Assembly (NCBI GenBank): GCA_003971905.1
Contig: RSEE01000151.1
Coordinates: 1-64,000, forward strand
Length of the DNA: 64,000 nucleotides
Reading direction: 5' to 3'
Source: Moniliella sp. 'wahieum'
Lineage: Eukaryota
Shown here: piece by piece, positions 25,817 through 38,400 of the stretch
How positions within the stretch are numbered: the first letter of the stretch is position 1
Layout: the number at the start of each line of letters is the position of its first letter
Notes under the pieces: model-generated
Database searches by the model: none
Told to the model about the DNA's origin: nothing
What the model saw: only the letters and a program-made list of their open reading frames with translations
Position numbers and translations under genes: made by a program

Positions 25817-26739
25817 CTTGTTATGAATCCCTTTGCCCATCAGTCTTTCATTGTGCCCCTTCGAACATTTGTTTCCCTTTTACGGAACCGCTGGGGCGCT
25901 GGACAGGCCCCGATGGATGCACTTACATAGAACGCGATCAACCAGAGCCGTCCTCGATAACGCGTCTCCTGCGCTCGGCACTCAAGAAAAAAACACATCA
26001 GTTGTATGATATCAGGCCTCTTTCAGCTGCCAACACCCGTTGCCTCCCCGAATGCCAACAACTATAGCACCATGGGGTCTGGGCTTGGCATCGACTGCGA
26101 TGCATCGCCCATCCCGGAAGCGGGATGCACTTCGGCATTACCATTCACCCCGCTTGCCAACATTGCCAATCGCCTTATCGGCCAAGGTGGAATGACATGG
26201 CCGCCAGCCCCATGTGAAGATTGCTACTATGGCAACAGTACTTCAAAGGCTTACTATGCACGGCACTGATGCGTTCAAATACGTCTTTCATGTTGGCTCG
26301 CCACCCTGTGCTCTCTTTTAGAGTGGAAGCGGCTGAGGCCCTGGCCGGGAGTGTTAGAGAAGAATCTGTAGTTGATGCACGTCAACCTAGCAGCAGAGCT
26401 TATGGTATAGACCCACGAGGAGGTCCATGGTGCAGGTAATATCCCTTTCATGGGATGCCACCATCTCGATCGCGAGACAAATCTAGTAGGACGGGTCCAA
26501 TCCGGTATGATCAGATTTTGAGATAGGGAACTCGGTTGACGATCGATGAAACATGAGGAACACAACCATGACACGACGGGGCGACAGACAAGAACAAGGG
26601 AGCGGGTATCGAGCGAAACTCGAGGACTCGACAGAAGAGCCTAGGGGAGCATTCGGCACAAAAGGACTGCTGCCATGGACACGCACGACCAATTGCAGAG
26701 GCGCGCAGAAACTAGTAATCGCTGCGCGGTGGGAGGGTG

Positions 26740-29700
26740 CTAGAGGAGCGAGGGTGGGAATCCGTGTTGACCACCAACAGCGGGCCCGCGCGGGGCCGAC
26801 CAAAGAACCCGTCCCCTGCCTCGCCCGCCCGGCTTGGCTCCCCACTGGCTCCCGATCGAGGAACGGAGAGGCGCGCTGCTCTCGGACGACAAGTTGGGAT
26901 CAATAATCACCGGGACAGGAAGGAAGCCCACTGGACTGCCAGGTTGAGAGAGCGCCACGGGCAACGTCTCGGTTGAAAAGGTCTCGTGTGGGCCGAGAGA
27001 GACGAAGGGGAAGGGACCGGTCCTTGTTCTGTCTCGAGTGGGCGGTCGGGTCCTGAAGGGTCTCGTTGCGTCCCCGGCAAGCCAGGTGCTTCCGGGGGGA
27101 AAGGGAGCGAACCGAGGGCTGGAACGTGCCCTCGGCCCCGACAGCAGAATAGGCCAACTGCATCCGCGCGCCGGCAGAGGCGCAGGCTCGTACACTCGCG
27201 GCCGACTCCCCCGACGGAGAGCCGAGGCAACAGGACCAAACGATTCGCGGCTCGATTCGGACGAGGACAGTGCGGTGCCCGCTTCCACACCGCCCTGCGT
27301 TCCTCTTGCAACATCCTGGCCGGCAACCGGCCAGTCGGGGGGGCGAGGCGAGTGTAAGCTGGGCTCAGGCACCCACGCTGGTGGCTCCCTAGCCCCTTCT
27401 TCCATAGGTAAAGGAAGCAGAGTGGGCAAGGCATACCCCTCTGCCCGGGCGGTAGAGCGAGGGGGAGCTTCCTGCTGCCGCTACGCCTCCCAAGCCCCGT
27501 GGATCCGGTTCTTCCTCGGACTCTAGTCTCCCAGCGTTTGGGAGTACCGCGAGGGCGGGAAGCTGGCCGTCACGCCCGCAAGGGGCAGAGGAGGGGGAGG
27601 CTGTGGTAGTACAGGGTACGGTAGCGCGCCCAAGGCCCATGTGGACGGCCCAGCAGCAGGAAGAGAGGCAGCACTCGCTTCGCTCCCGCCGTGGCTCACC
27701 GCACCGAGGGACTCAGGCGTTGGGGAGGGAGTGGGAACAGGAGCGAGAGGGAGGTGGACAGAGCCGTGTGAAAGTCAGTGGGGTCCGAGTCGGACGGGGT
27801 GACGTGGTCGCTGGTGGGCCCGACGGGCTGGCGCCCAGCGGGGTGGTGGTCCGAGACAGAGGGCAGCGTGCCAGGCGGCAGGACAACTGGGCGGACGGGG
27901 ACGGGCATATGCAGTATGCCCGTCGCGCTCCGCGGCGGGGACCGCTCCGCCAACGCTGCATGGACCGTTCCCGGTGTTTCCATTTCAGCGCCTCGGATCC
28001 CAGGGATAGATGGGCCATTGGAGTCGGGTATAATGCCCTCTTCATGTTCGCCAGCCTACCCGGTGCAAGACCGAGCACGTTGGGAGGCACCAAGGAAGGC
28101 GGTGCTGTCGTCGGCACCGCCAGCCCCGTGGGGGGCGAACTGGAACACGTCCCGACTCCAAAGTGGAATCCGACGAGTTTGCGAGCGAGACAGAAAGGGC
28201 GGACGCCATCGAAAGATCACTGTCCATGCCGTCGCCATAGTCCTGGTCGGCTGGTTCTTGGGCAACGAGACGGACACCATGGTATGCGTCGGATCGGCCG
28301 TCTGGTGGTCGCCCCCTCAGAGTGAAATGGCGCGACAGCGCCTTCGGGAGCTACCAAAGCCCCCGTAGCCACACCTGGCTCATCAACCTGTTTCCCACTC
28401 AGCCATTGCCCAGGCGCCATCACTCCTGAAATGGGATTGACGGGGGTTTGGGGCTAGGGGTCATGTCGGGCGAAGGTGACTGGGCTTGGGTTGCGCCCGC
28501 GTTGCCTGAAGCTCGGAGAGAAGGGGGCAGCGAATCGCCCACTGCGGCCAGGGCAACGTGAGCTGTGCCCGGCGGGGAGGCGAATGTGCCTTGGCCTGCA
28601 GGAATGCCCCACAGTTGCAGCGCAGGCATGCACCAATCCCGTACGCTTCGGGCGAGTCCATCGTCTGAAACGAAGGAGAGGCGGCCATGTGCATCCCATC
28701 GCCGTCGAATGGGGTCCGATCAAATACATCGGGCGTACCTACTGCGTGGGCGGGTGTGCGACCATGCGTCAGGCACATGCGCCGTGCCGCCCGACCCAGC
28801 CGCGTGCTGGAGCACCTGGGATGGGTTGAAAAGGGACTCCAAGCGCTGTTCCCGCGCGGGAACCAATCCCAACAGCCCTGCAAGCCGGGTTCGGGCCCGG
28901 GTCCACCATCGATTGGTGGAAGGAGAAGGAAGAAGCTCGCTCGTTGGTCTTGGGGGGACGGACGCTGCCGTAGTGGACGCAACGGTGTCAACTGGAGGTT
29001 GGGACCTTCGCCTGGCAAGTAAGCCAGGCGCCTTTTCCCCGTGGCGCCCTTCTCCCCAGACAGGGAGGCTTTCCGTCGTCGAAAGGGCAACAGAAGACAG
29101 AGGAGCAGCAGTACCACTACCACCGACCCCCCCACCCCCCCACCACTCCCCCAATGATCTTACCCACTTGATCCGATTGTACGAGGGTAGGTTGCTTCCC
29201 TTGGGACAAGGATCCTTGCGGCAGAGTAGGGCTGGGGTCAGCCGTCGAGGTAGTTAGGTTGGCAGGGTTGGAGTCCGAAGGGAAGGGTGCAGGTTGCCAG
29301 GTGGTGAGACTGTGCGTGACTGTGTAGTAATCCATCTCAGAATCGTTGTGTGACGATGCCGGGTGTAGATGTCGGTAGAACGGCCCAGGGCGCTGCCAGA
29401 CAACGCCGTGGGGTGGGGAGAGGGAGGTCGGAGGATAATGGTGGGGGCGGCGGGGGTGGTGGAGGGAGCGGCGCTGCTAGCGGTGGTGCTGCTAGCGATG
29501 GTGCTGGTGCTGGTGCTGGTGTCACTGGCTGGCACAATTGTCTCGTAACATAATGGCTGGAACACAACAGGGTGCCAGGCTGTAGTTGGGACAAGGGAAA
29601 CCTTGGTGTAAGTCTTCTCCGCGCGGTCGAGCCAGGCAGGAGAGACGGAGTGGTCAGGAGCAGGCTCAGGGTCTCGGGCGTAGGGTTGGCCATGGAAGTG

Positions 29701-30034
29701 AGCCAGGCGATAGCGCTTGCGGCGATGCGCCCTTAATGGGGGAGGGTATCAGACAGGAGTGTGTTACAAAGGAGTGTGGGGAGAGGCTGGGGGCTGGGGG
29801 GGGATGCGGGGGGCGGTAACAGTAACCGTGACGGAAATGGTCGTGGCAGGAGCAGGGTGAGAACGAGTGTGAGTTTGGTGTGTGAGTGGTGTAGACTGTG
29901 GTTTCGACGTATGTGTGAACGGCAGTGGAGGTGGAAACGAAGGGGTCCAACTGGTTTGGGCGGGCGGGCAGAGGGTGTGTGTAGGTGGTGTGTGCAGGGC
30001 TAGCGCTCGTGCCCGAGGCGGACGCACGGTCCAT
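26740..30034 (-). CDS. Hypothetical single-pass membrane protein (Ser/Thr-rich N-terminal region, Pro/Ser-rich tail; Mid2-like architecture); ends approximate
   Basis: STSTSTSTIASSTTASS tracts, then KIIGGVVGG...VVVVLLLLCLLLPFRRRK (TM helix plus basic stop-transfer), then a long low-complexity tail. Confidence 0.55.
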
Positions 30035-31801
30035 GGTGGGAAAGGCGGGGCGGAATGGAAGGAACGAAGGACAAGGAAGGAAGGGACAGTTAAACTGGAG
30101 ACAGGGCGAAGCAAGACAGACGTCAGTCAACATCATCGCGATGGGCGGTGGCGCCCGGTGCGAGGTGGGGCACGGAGGGATGCGGAGAGGAGGCCAGCAA
30201 ACTCACCGATAGTGGGCCTCGAAGAAGAGGCGCTGGTGGGTTAGGGTCGGGTGTTCAATTGACTAGGGGCATGGCGCGGCGGGGCGGCGTCGAGCGGGCG
30301 GGCAGGGCAAAGAGCGTGGAGAGGCGAGCTGGGGATGGTAAAGAACGTGAGGGTGGGAGAGAGAGGACAGGGCGAGGAGGGCAGCGGAGGTGGGAGACGA
30401 GGGCGACGAGAAGGGGGCAGAGGAAAGGGAGCCACACGAGACGACGGCCAGGGCGGAGGCGGAAGGCGCTGGCACAGAAGGGCACAGAGCGCACGCGAAA
30501 GACCGCCGCGCAGAAAACCAACACAGACACATCCCCCGCCAGACAGCGGACGGGCAGATCTCTGACGCAGAGACTGAGGGCTGCCTGAGGCTCAGCCTGA
30601 GCGCTGAGGTGCTGAGTCCTTGCTCCGATCGATGCTCTTCGATGCTGCGATGCTCATCGTGAACGCGTGAACGCGTGAGCGTTGCTCGCCTGCTGTTGCT
30701 CTGCGAGCATCCGACGGCAGTCGCTGGGCGCTGCTCTGCCTGGTCGGGCTGGGTCACACGCCTGGGCCACGCTCCACAACAACACCCGACCCAACCGAGC
30801 ACTGGGCACCTGGGCTGCCCCGGGCGGATTGCAGGCACAGCGCCAGTGCCGCCGATGGCTGTACTCGCACTGGCCTGTCGGATCGACGCCATGTGTGTTA
30901 GGACCGAGAGCATCTCGCCTGTGTCCTTCGCCCGGGGGTGGCTCGGCGTATTCTCACACTGCTCGGGCGCCACTGCCCCCATCCCCTAGGGCGTAACTTA
31001 AAACACGTAACACGCGTCGTCATCGGTGATGTATGATTCAGGATCGCCGTTTGCTCGCAACACACACACTCGTCACGCGCCGTGTTCTCCCGGCGGTCAC
31101 GAGGTCACTAGTCACTACACTGGTATGGCACACAGCATGGCGCAAGTGCAGCACAGGAATTGTTGGTCACGCATGTCACATGTCACGCGTCACATGTCAC
31201 ACCGCCTCACCTGGGTGCGTACCCAGCATGGCACATGTCAGTCCTCCACGGGTGCAATTTGAAACACGTGAATCCTGAATGGCCCAGCCGAGGTATGAAA
31301 CTTGCGGCCGGTTTTCAAGAGCTTCAAGCTTCGAGCTTTCTCAAACCTGTCCAGAGGCCACCGCGGACACAAGTTGACGACACGGCGGATGAAGCTTGCA
31401 TTCAAGATTGAAGGGAAGAAAGGGGGAACCTGCCCAACAGAGCACTTTCACCCCCATCCCGTGCCTGTCCGCACAACGCCCTTATTGCTCAGACTGAGTA
31501 TTGAGTGAGATTCGGGCCTCGTTGATCAAACTCTGACGGTGACTGGTGCCCGGCGACCCAAGATTGCATTCCCGACATTTCAAACTTCCTGGCTTCACCG
31601 TTTCAGAAATGCTTCCTAAGTGAAACACTGGAAGCAGTTTCCCATTCGATACGGACAAAATGTGCCGCAGCATGCCAGTAGGGTTTGCAGTCCACTGCCC
31701 CCGGGCGGTCGGCGTGTTCTATTTTCGTCCATAGGGTTGGCTCGGTGGTCCGTCTAGCTTTGCGCTCGATCCTCGTCTCTCGACTCTCCAAACCCACCAT
31801 C

Positions 31802-32458
31802 ATGGAGAACGACAAGCACCAACTCGTGGACCTCTACGTTCCCCGCAAGTGCGCCGCCACCGGCCGCATCCTGCAGGCCAAGGACCACGCTTCCGTTCAG
31901 ATCGCCGTCGCTGACGTCGACGAGGAGGGCCGTGCCATCCCCGGCGCTTCGACCGTGTTTGCCATCTCGGGCTTTGTCCGCAAGTCGGGCGAGAGCGACG
32001 ACTCGATCAACCGCCTCGCCACCCAGGAGGGCCGTATGTACTTGTCCTTTTTTCCCTTATCCCCCGCTAGAGAACTGGTCCGATCCGAAGGCCCTTTGCT
32101 CCCTCCATGACGTGATCCTGCCGTACTCTGCGCCCCCCCCCCCTTCTTGTCCACGCTCCCGACAGTCTGCCCCACCCACTGCCACGAGCAACTTTCAGGG
32201 TCGGGGCAGGATTCAGCCTCTTAGGCTATGAGCGGATATTAATGGCCACCACCTTAGAGCCCGGGCGTTTAGTATCTGTGGATGCTTGGGTGTCAAAGTG
32301 GTGGTACACTCTTATCTCGTCGCAGGCGGATTGCGTTGTGGTGGATGGCAGGACTTCTACCAACTTTCGCTCTACGCACGGTGGTTCTTATGGATTGTTG
32401 TACTGACGCATCCTTCTTTTCTGCAGTTCTTCGCAACGTGTGGAGCTACCAAAAGTAA
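31802..32458 (+). CDS. RPS21: 40S ribosomal protein eS21; intron 32034-32426 (393 nt)
   Basis: [34 protein letters not shown]...[31 protein letters not shown] donor, TACTGAC branch at 32401, CAG acceptor. Confidence 0.97.
32151..32311 (+). ncRNA. Intronic box H/ACA snoRNA, probable snR3 homologue (guides LSU rRNA pseudouridines equivalent to yeast 25S U2129 and U2264)
   Basis: Hairpin 1: CGCTC / GACAGT pocket / CTGCCCC..GGGGCAG / GATTC pocket / GAGCG. H box ATATTA at 32236-32241. Hairpin 2: CCACCAC / pocket / GCCCGGGCGTTT..GGATGCTTGGGT / GTCA pocket / GTGGTGG. ACA at 32306-32308, 14 nt from the upper stem. Confidence 0.85.
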
Positions 32459-32809
32459 ACAGTCTGCACTGGTTGCTTTCTTGACATTGTGCCCCTCTCA
32501 CTGTTGAGGTCGGGGTCTACACCGTCCCGCTATGCCCCCCCGCATTTCTCCAAGGGCTCGTTCTGAGCTTGTGCGATGTACTCCTAGCTCCCCTTTCCTC
32601 ATTAAAACTATCTGCTCGCCAGACACTTCCTTTTGTAGGGCACATGATAGATGGTGGTCCGACTAAAGTGGCACGATGGGATTTCGCTTTTTCACTTCGT
32701 CGATGATGGAGATGATGCCGATGACGTCCAGGACTTTGACCAGGGAATATGGTACGCCTTGAAGCTTGATGTTTTGACGGGCTTCGCCTTGGGGACGCAT
32801 GGAAAAAAG

Positions 32810-32915
32810 TGCACTCGCCGGGATTCGAACCCGGGCAACAACTTGTAACAGCTCCTCGTGATGGAACCCCAATGGACATGGGAAAGTTGCATCTTAACCA
32901 CTTGATCACGAGTGC
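32810..32915 (-). tRNA. tRNA-Gly(CCC) with 34-nt intron (32845-32878)
   Basis: GCACTCG/CGAGTGC-A acceptor, CAACT-TT-CCC-A[intron]A-AGTTG anticodon arm, GGTTCGAATCCC, T6 terminator. The anticodon lies in homopolymers, so TCC cannot be fully excluded. Confidence 0.9.
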
Positions 32916-33188
32916 TACACGCCGGAGTCCCGACGATTATGTTTATAACAAAGTCCTTGCTATGCCCTCCGCCACACGCTTCGAAGTTCATATATCACTT
33001 CCTACACCCTTGAGCTATTGTCCATAAACGATCTGGGGGAATACTTCGGTTCCAGTGACAGTGGAAGCAACCAACTGAAGACGAGGTGGGAGTCGGTGCA
33101 CTTCACACAGCCCGCCGGGATGATCCTGATGTTTGTTCCATTCAACACAGTATACCCAAGTCTGTTGATTGTATTTTGCTAGTGTACA

Positions 33189-34028
33189 TGTCACGGGCTG
33201 CGGCGGACACGAGATGGTCCGACCGAAGCTGAGGCCCGTCTGCTCCGCACAGGCCCAGTAGAGCGTGCTCCGCAGGCCAACCGAGTGTGATGATGGTTGG
33301 CTAAATCAAGTATCGTGGCCGAAGGGCCATGCTCAGCGCGACAATAGTCGCCTCCCGCCCAAGTCCACGTCGGCCGGCCTAAATAAGGCCACCGAGCTTC
33401 CAATGCCGTGGCGGCGTCTGCCGCCTCGTCCCCGTTTCCTTTTCCTTTCTCGATCGCGCCTGCGGCGACCAACCCCGCTTTTGACGTGTCTTCCTTTCTA
33501 CACCCCCTCTTGTATCCGTTTCCTTTTGATCCTGCCTGTACCCCTGGTTGATGGGGATCTTTTCCCCCACCTTCCATTCTCGTCCTTTCTCGTCTCTACT
33601 TTCGTCCCTTTCCGCCTATCCTGTCCGACCCCTGCCCGTTCCCAGCCAATTTATCCAGTACAGGCAGCTTCTCTTGTTAGCGTCCGACTTCTCCGACCTC
33701 GTCCTCCAGCCCTTCGTCAGTCCAATCGCGCGAGCCCTCCTTCGGTCGCGGCGATTCCCCGTCTCAGTTAAGGCAGTGTTTGTCCGCCGCTGCCTCCTCC
33801 CGTCCCTAAGTCCCGGAGGCTTCAGACACGTTACTACGGCCCAAGCCGGTGTAGACGCAGCCTTGCCACACCTGCAGCCGCCCCACCAAAGGCCTCTCCT
33901 TGTCCCTAGCTCCGCTCGGACACACCAACCAGCCCAAGCCCGAAACTACCGTGAGTCGACCTTCCGTCTCCTAAGGGATTGTACCCCAAGAACCTGGGTG
34001 AGCCCCCTGGCGGGGCCCGCCCGTGACA
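33189..34028. mobile_element. Solo LTR of an LTR retrotransposon (840 bp) with 5-bp target-site duplication GTACA
   Basis: Begins TGTCACGGGC and ends GCCCGTGACA (TG...CA termini, perfect 10-bp inverted repeat). Flanked by GTACA at 33184-33188 and 34029-34033. TAAATAA at ~33380 is followed by a pyrimidine-rich tract. No gag/pol coding recognised. Confidence 0.85.
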
Positions 34029-34556
34029 GTACACTCCGTACTCTCACGATGAATCGTGTCTACCCATATATCTGCTTTCGAACTCTGCTCGTCGATACTC
34101 CTCTGTCCAATCGCAAGTGGTAGGTTCGGTGCCGCGGTAAGAGCCCATTATACCCGTCGGCTCCACGCGCTACTACCGCGTCTACGATTATAACAAAAAA
34201 ACTCCTATATCTTGCCCCACAGGCCACACACCGCGTCCGGAGTTGTCCACCTATATAGTAAGTACCTCACGGAGTCATCCCCCCAAATGGTCTACACCAG
34301 CAGATATCAGTACGCCGTTGTCATTCCGTTTTCGCACCTCACATCAAGACGTCTGCTTTCCACGGGTGTGGCATGTGGTGGCACTATGAATGAAGGACCG
34401 GTCCAAGGGTTGGAAGATGCAACAGTACACCTTGTAGCACCTTGGGACAAACCGTGTTTGGTGATTAGCCCAACGACAAAATGTTTGCTTAACTTTGGGC
34501 AGAAAAAGGATACAGAGCCGACAGCGGTCCATGTAAGGTAGGAGCGAAAAAAGGGA

Positions 34557-34652
34557 TCTCCCCTCTGGGAGTCGAACCCAGGACATTCAGAGCGGATGGA
34601 CTCCACGAAAACCAATTACAATCTGACGCTCTTCCAACTGAGCTAAGGAGAG
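34557..34652 (-). tRNA. tRNA-Tyr(GTA) with ~23-nt intron (34593-34615)
   Basis: CTCTCCT/AGGGGAG-A acceptor (C1:G72), TAGCTCAGTTGGAAGAGC D arm, TCAGA-TT-GTA-A[intron]C-TCTGA, GGTTCGACTCCC, T6 terminator. Confidence 0.95.
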
Positions 34653-35498
34653 AACTTGCTTCGAAGTGATGCATTTTGGCATTTGGAGCTCAATAGGCGT
34701 GCGAGCGGCTGTTTACTCCATTTTTTTTCTCCTGCTACGCTGGTGTTCGCACACCTGTCGATACGCCTTGTGTCGGCAACCGAGTTGATGAACTCACCAG
34801 CCACACGAAAATCCCAAACCTTCTCATCAGCCTCGCCCAAGTATCTCTTGGCAAGAATGTTATCGGGCTTCTCCTATCAATTTTCATGGAAGCACATCGC
34901 ACAGAGAAAAGTTGGCTTGTTCTACAATACAACACCAGCCACCACAATGGTCTGCTCTTTCGATCGGCCTGGTTACTTGGAGCCAAGCGGGGGCTGGCTC
35001 AGCTGCCTGCTGGCTGCGTCTCGAAATCCAATACGTTCGGAATTTCCCGGAGCGAACTGGTGACAGTGTGTCTACCGTGCGGGGACGCGTATGTATCCAA
35101 GATCTTTTCGCCCGATTGGCGGGGATCAGGTATGCACAGTGCAGCTATGCCAGCATTGACGCGTTTGCTGACGGCGACGCCTGCTATAATGTGACGGATG
35201 GGGGTCTGTCGGAGAAGTTCAGGACAACCGGGTTTTGGCACACTCTTCTTTCCGACCCAAAGGCGCGCTTTGCCTTTTGGAGCTAAATCGCATAATGACG
35301 TAGCGATAAAACAAGTAGTTGTATGTATATCTAGTCTCCGTATGCGTAATGCGCATACTTGGTACCACGACCAAGTGGAGGTGGAGGTGGGGGCACAGAG
35401 GGAAGGAAGGATTACGACAAGAGAAAAAAGAAGGGGGCACCGTAACTAAGGATCAGACGTGATTTTGGGTTGGAACAGTCGTTGGAACAAGTTCCCCT

Positions 35499-38400
35499 TC
35501 AGTCGACAACGTTTCCGTTGGCGATGCGTTTACCTTCGGCTGTGGCCGGCGCAGGGGAGGCAGAGAGGCGCGAGGTAGGGATGGCAGAAAGGTGCGGCGG
35601 ACGTCTCCCACCACAGGCAATCCGGATGGCCTCAATTGTGAACTGGACCATCATCGCCGTCCGAAACTTGTAGTCCTCCCACTTGGGTCGAGGAGCAGAA
35701 CGAGGGGGGAAGCGGCGCGCGAGCCACAGGTACAACAAGCATGTCCGATGCAGCGATTCGAGCTTGCTCAGGGTATCGACATGTACTTTGGGTGCGGTCC
35801 GGTCGACAGAGGCGGCTGCGTCCCGACGACGTGCGTATGCCAACACCGATGATGACTCGCCCTTTGCCTCTCCCGCTGCCTTTGACCCATCTGGGTTATC
35901 CGAAGCAGACGCCTGCCAATTAGGAGGTAGATCGATCAGGGGGTTGACCGGTTGCTGCTCCAGCGCGGTAAATGGAATCTGGTCGGCGCCTTTGGCAAGC
36001 GCCTCGGCTTCCAACTGCTCCATCTGCAGCAGTGTAGGTAACATGCCGCTCGCCTCGATCGCCTGGTCAAACAGGACGGGTGAGCCCTGGATAAAGTGAC
36101 GAGCAAAAGCCTCAAAGGCATCCATCACCCGCGGATCCCGCATGTTCGCAGGCGCATCCGAGAAGAGGAGCTGCTGCTCAATCGTCAAATGCTCACCCGA
36201 ATCCGATGGGACGAGTTTCTCGGCATCGGCGGCCTCGAGTCCATCTTTGGCCTGCTCCAAAGTGCTTTGCACATTGTTCGTGTCCGACCAACGAGCCCTT
36301 GCGACCTTCTCAAACACTTCTAGCACATTGAGTTGGTCAGCAGCGTTGGCTTGGAAAAAGAGGTCCTCGTCGATCTGAACCAACATCTGAGCATCGCGTC
36401 GTAGGGCCAGAAGCGACCGTCCGGCCCCGTTGGTAGGCGAGGGCTCTTCGTTGGCAAGCGAGAGCTCCCTGTCGGCAGACGAGGGCTCCTCGTTGGTAGG
36501 CGAGGGCTCCTCGTTGGTAGGCGAGGGCTCCGCGTCGGTAGGCGAGGGCTCCGCGTCGGTAGGCGAGGGCTTCGTTGGCAGGCGAGGTGCGTGGCGAGGG
36601 CTCTTCGTTGGTAGGCGAGGGCTCTTCGTTGGCAGGCGAGGGCTCTTCGTTGGCAGGCGAGGGCTCTTCGTTGGCAGGCGAGGGCTCTTCGTTGGCAGGC
36701 GAGGGCTCCCTGTCGGCAGACGAGGGCTCCTCGTTGGTAGGCGAGGGCTCTTCGTTGGCAGGCGAGGGCTCCTCGTCCACAGCACCAGTCTCAATCGTCA
36801 GATCCGTTGTGTCTTGATCAGCACTTGCATCGGGACTAGGGAGAGAATCAGCCAATCTGGCTAGGTCGACCGCAGCCGCTGGTGGGACCATGAAGGCGGC
36901 TCGGGGGATGGGTTGGGAAGGCGCTTGGAGCGCCTTGACCAGCACGGCGAGGTCTTTGGGTTGCATGGTGGTAACGTTACCCTGCAAGCCTCCAGTGGGG
37001 CCCTCGTACCCGCCTGCCTGCTCGGCAATTTGCCTGATCTGCGTGCTGGTCATGTTTTGGACGCCGAGTTGGTCGTCGTACTTGGTCAGTCGATGGAACA
37101 CAATCCGGTTGATTTTCCTGGTCCAGAGGCAAAGTCAGCTTTATGAGAAGTCCAAATCGCAAGAGCAGGGAAAGGTCAAACGTACAGGCCCAAGCCATGT
37201 TCCAGTCCAGCGTCCTGGCTGGCCACCATCACATGGTAGCCGGAAGTATGATCGTTGAACAAACGGATCTGCTCAGCGAGCGTCTCGGGGGGTAGCCCAT
37301 CATACACAACGGCACACATCAACCCAGTGTTGTTCCACTATGCGTTTGACATCAAACACCCGGTCGCGGGAAGAAGTGACGAGGCAGTCTCCCCTTCGAA
37401 CCCGACCAAAATCATTGTTAAAAGACATGGACTGCACTTCCATCGGTATCTTACGTTGGTACTGATGGATGTGCACCGTGTCTCCAGTGGCTTTGGCAAT
37501 CTTCTCGATCAGCGGAATGACGCTTTGCTCGCCACATAGATGGAGCTCCTTGGCGGGCACGCCCAACAACGCATTGGTCCACGCATGGCCACGTTCGGGT
37601 CCAAGATCATTTGGATCTCATCAATCACCGCCACTCCACCGGCACTTCCGGTACCACCTCCTCCACCGTGCACGAGGTGAAGGTGGCCGAGTCCTCGAAC
37701 ACGCGTTCCTCCTCGGCGGTAAGTAAGTTGCACTTCCGCGTTTGCTCCCCTAGCTTTGGTTGGGCAGAATTGATGGGTACCAAATCTCGTGTGCGCGTAG
37801 GCGGAGCGGACTGACGTACAACCCGGTCTTGGCATCCATGAGGCACTTCAGGGCATGCTCTGTTCGGCCACTGTTGCCTGCGCCGACGTGAAGGTGAATC
37901 TGACGGGTCATGCCGTGCGTGATGGGATAACGGTTCATAGGTGTACGGTAGTCCAGCGCCTGGACCAGATTCCGGATCCGCTCTGCTTCCGTGATTGCTG
38001 GCTCAACGATTTGGAAAGTGAGCAACGGGCTTTGGCTAGGTGTCACCAATGCCTTCTCTACAAACTTGAGGAACATATTGGTGAGCAGTCGGCCAATCAC
38101 TTTGACATCCGGTTCTAGCGCCAACGTTGTCCGTAGTTTCTCGAGCGGCCATCCTTTCTGCTCGAGTTCCTCGAGGAAAGTAGGGTGCCGAGAGCATACC
38201 GTATTTCAGCCCGCATCCTGTTGGACCAAAGTTCAAGTAAGGGCCCGAGAGCGGGATGAGTGGGGTGGGGGGGGTGAGAGGGGTAATCTTGAGGTGGGAA
38301 ATAACGAGGCGTGCAATTTCGTCCGTCACACCATTCGCGGGCATCAAGTCAAGGATGTAGGGATTCTTGCTAAAGTCGGGCAGATGATTGCCAATCCTGA

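Noticed and set aside
32663..32800. Short coding-like ORF MRPQGEARQ...KRNPIVPL just past the tRNA-Gly terminator
   Set aside because: 45 codons, no recognisable family and no room for a promoter; unsupported.
33297..33312. U2-like TTGGCTAA-ATCAAGT
   Set aside because: Branch-point recognition sequence and Sm site are absent, and it lies inside the solo LTR.
33181..34035. Alternative reading as a MITE with 17-18-bp TIRs
   Set aside because: The extended symmetry follows from the palindromic target. No TSD flanks the longer boundary, whereas TG...CA with a GTACA TSD fits an LTR.
36428..36777. Regular repeat array resembling CRISPR
   Set aside because: No unique spacers, the unit encodes a peptide repeat inside a eukaryotic gene, and there are no cas genes.
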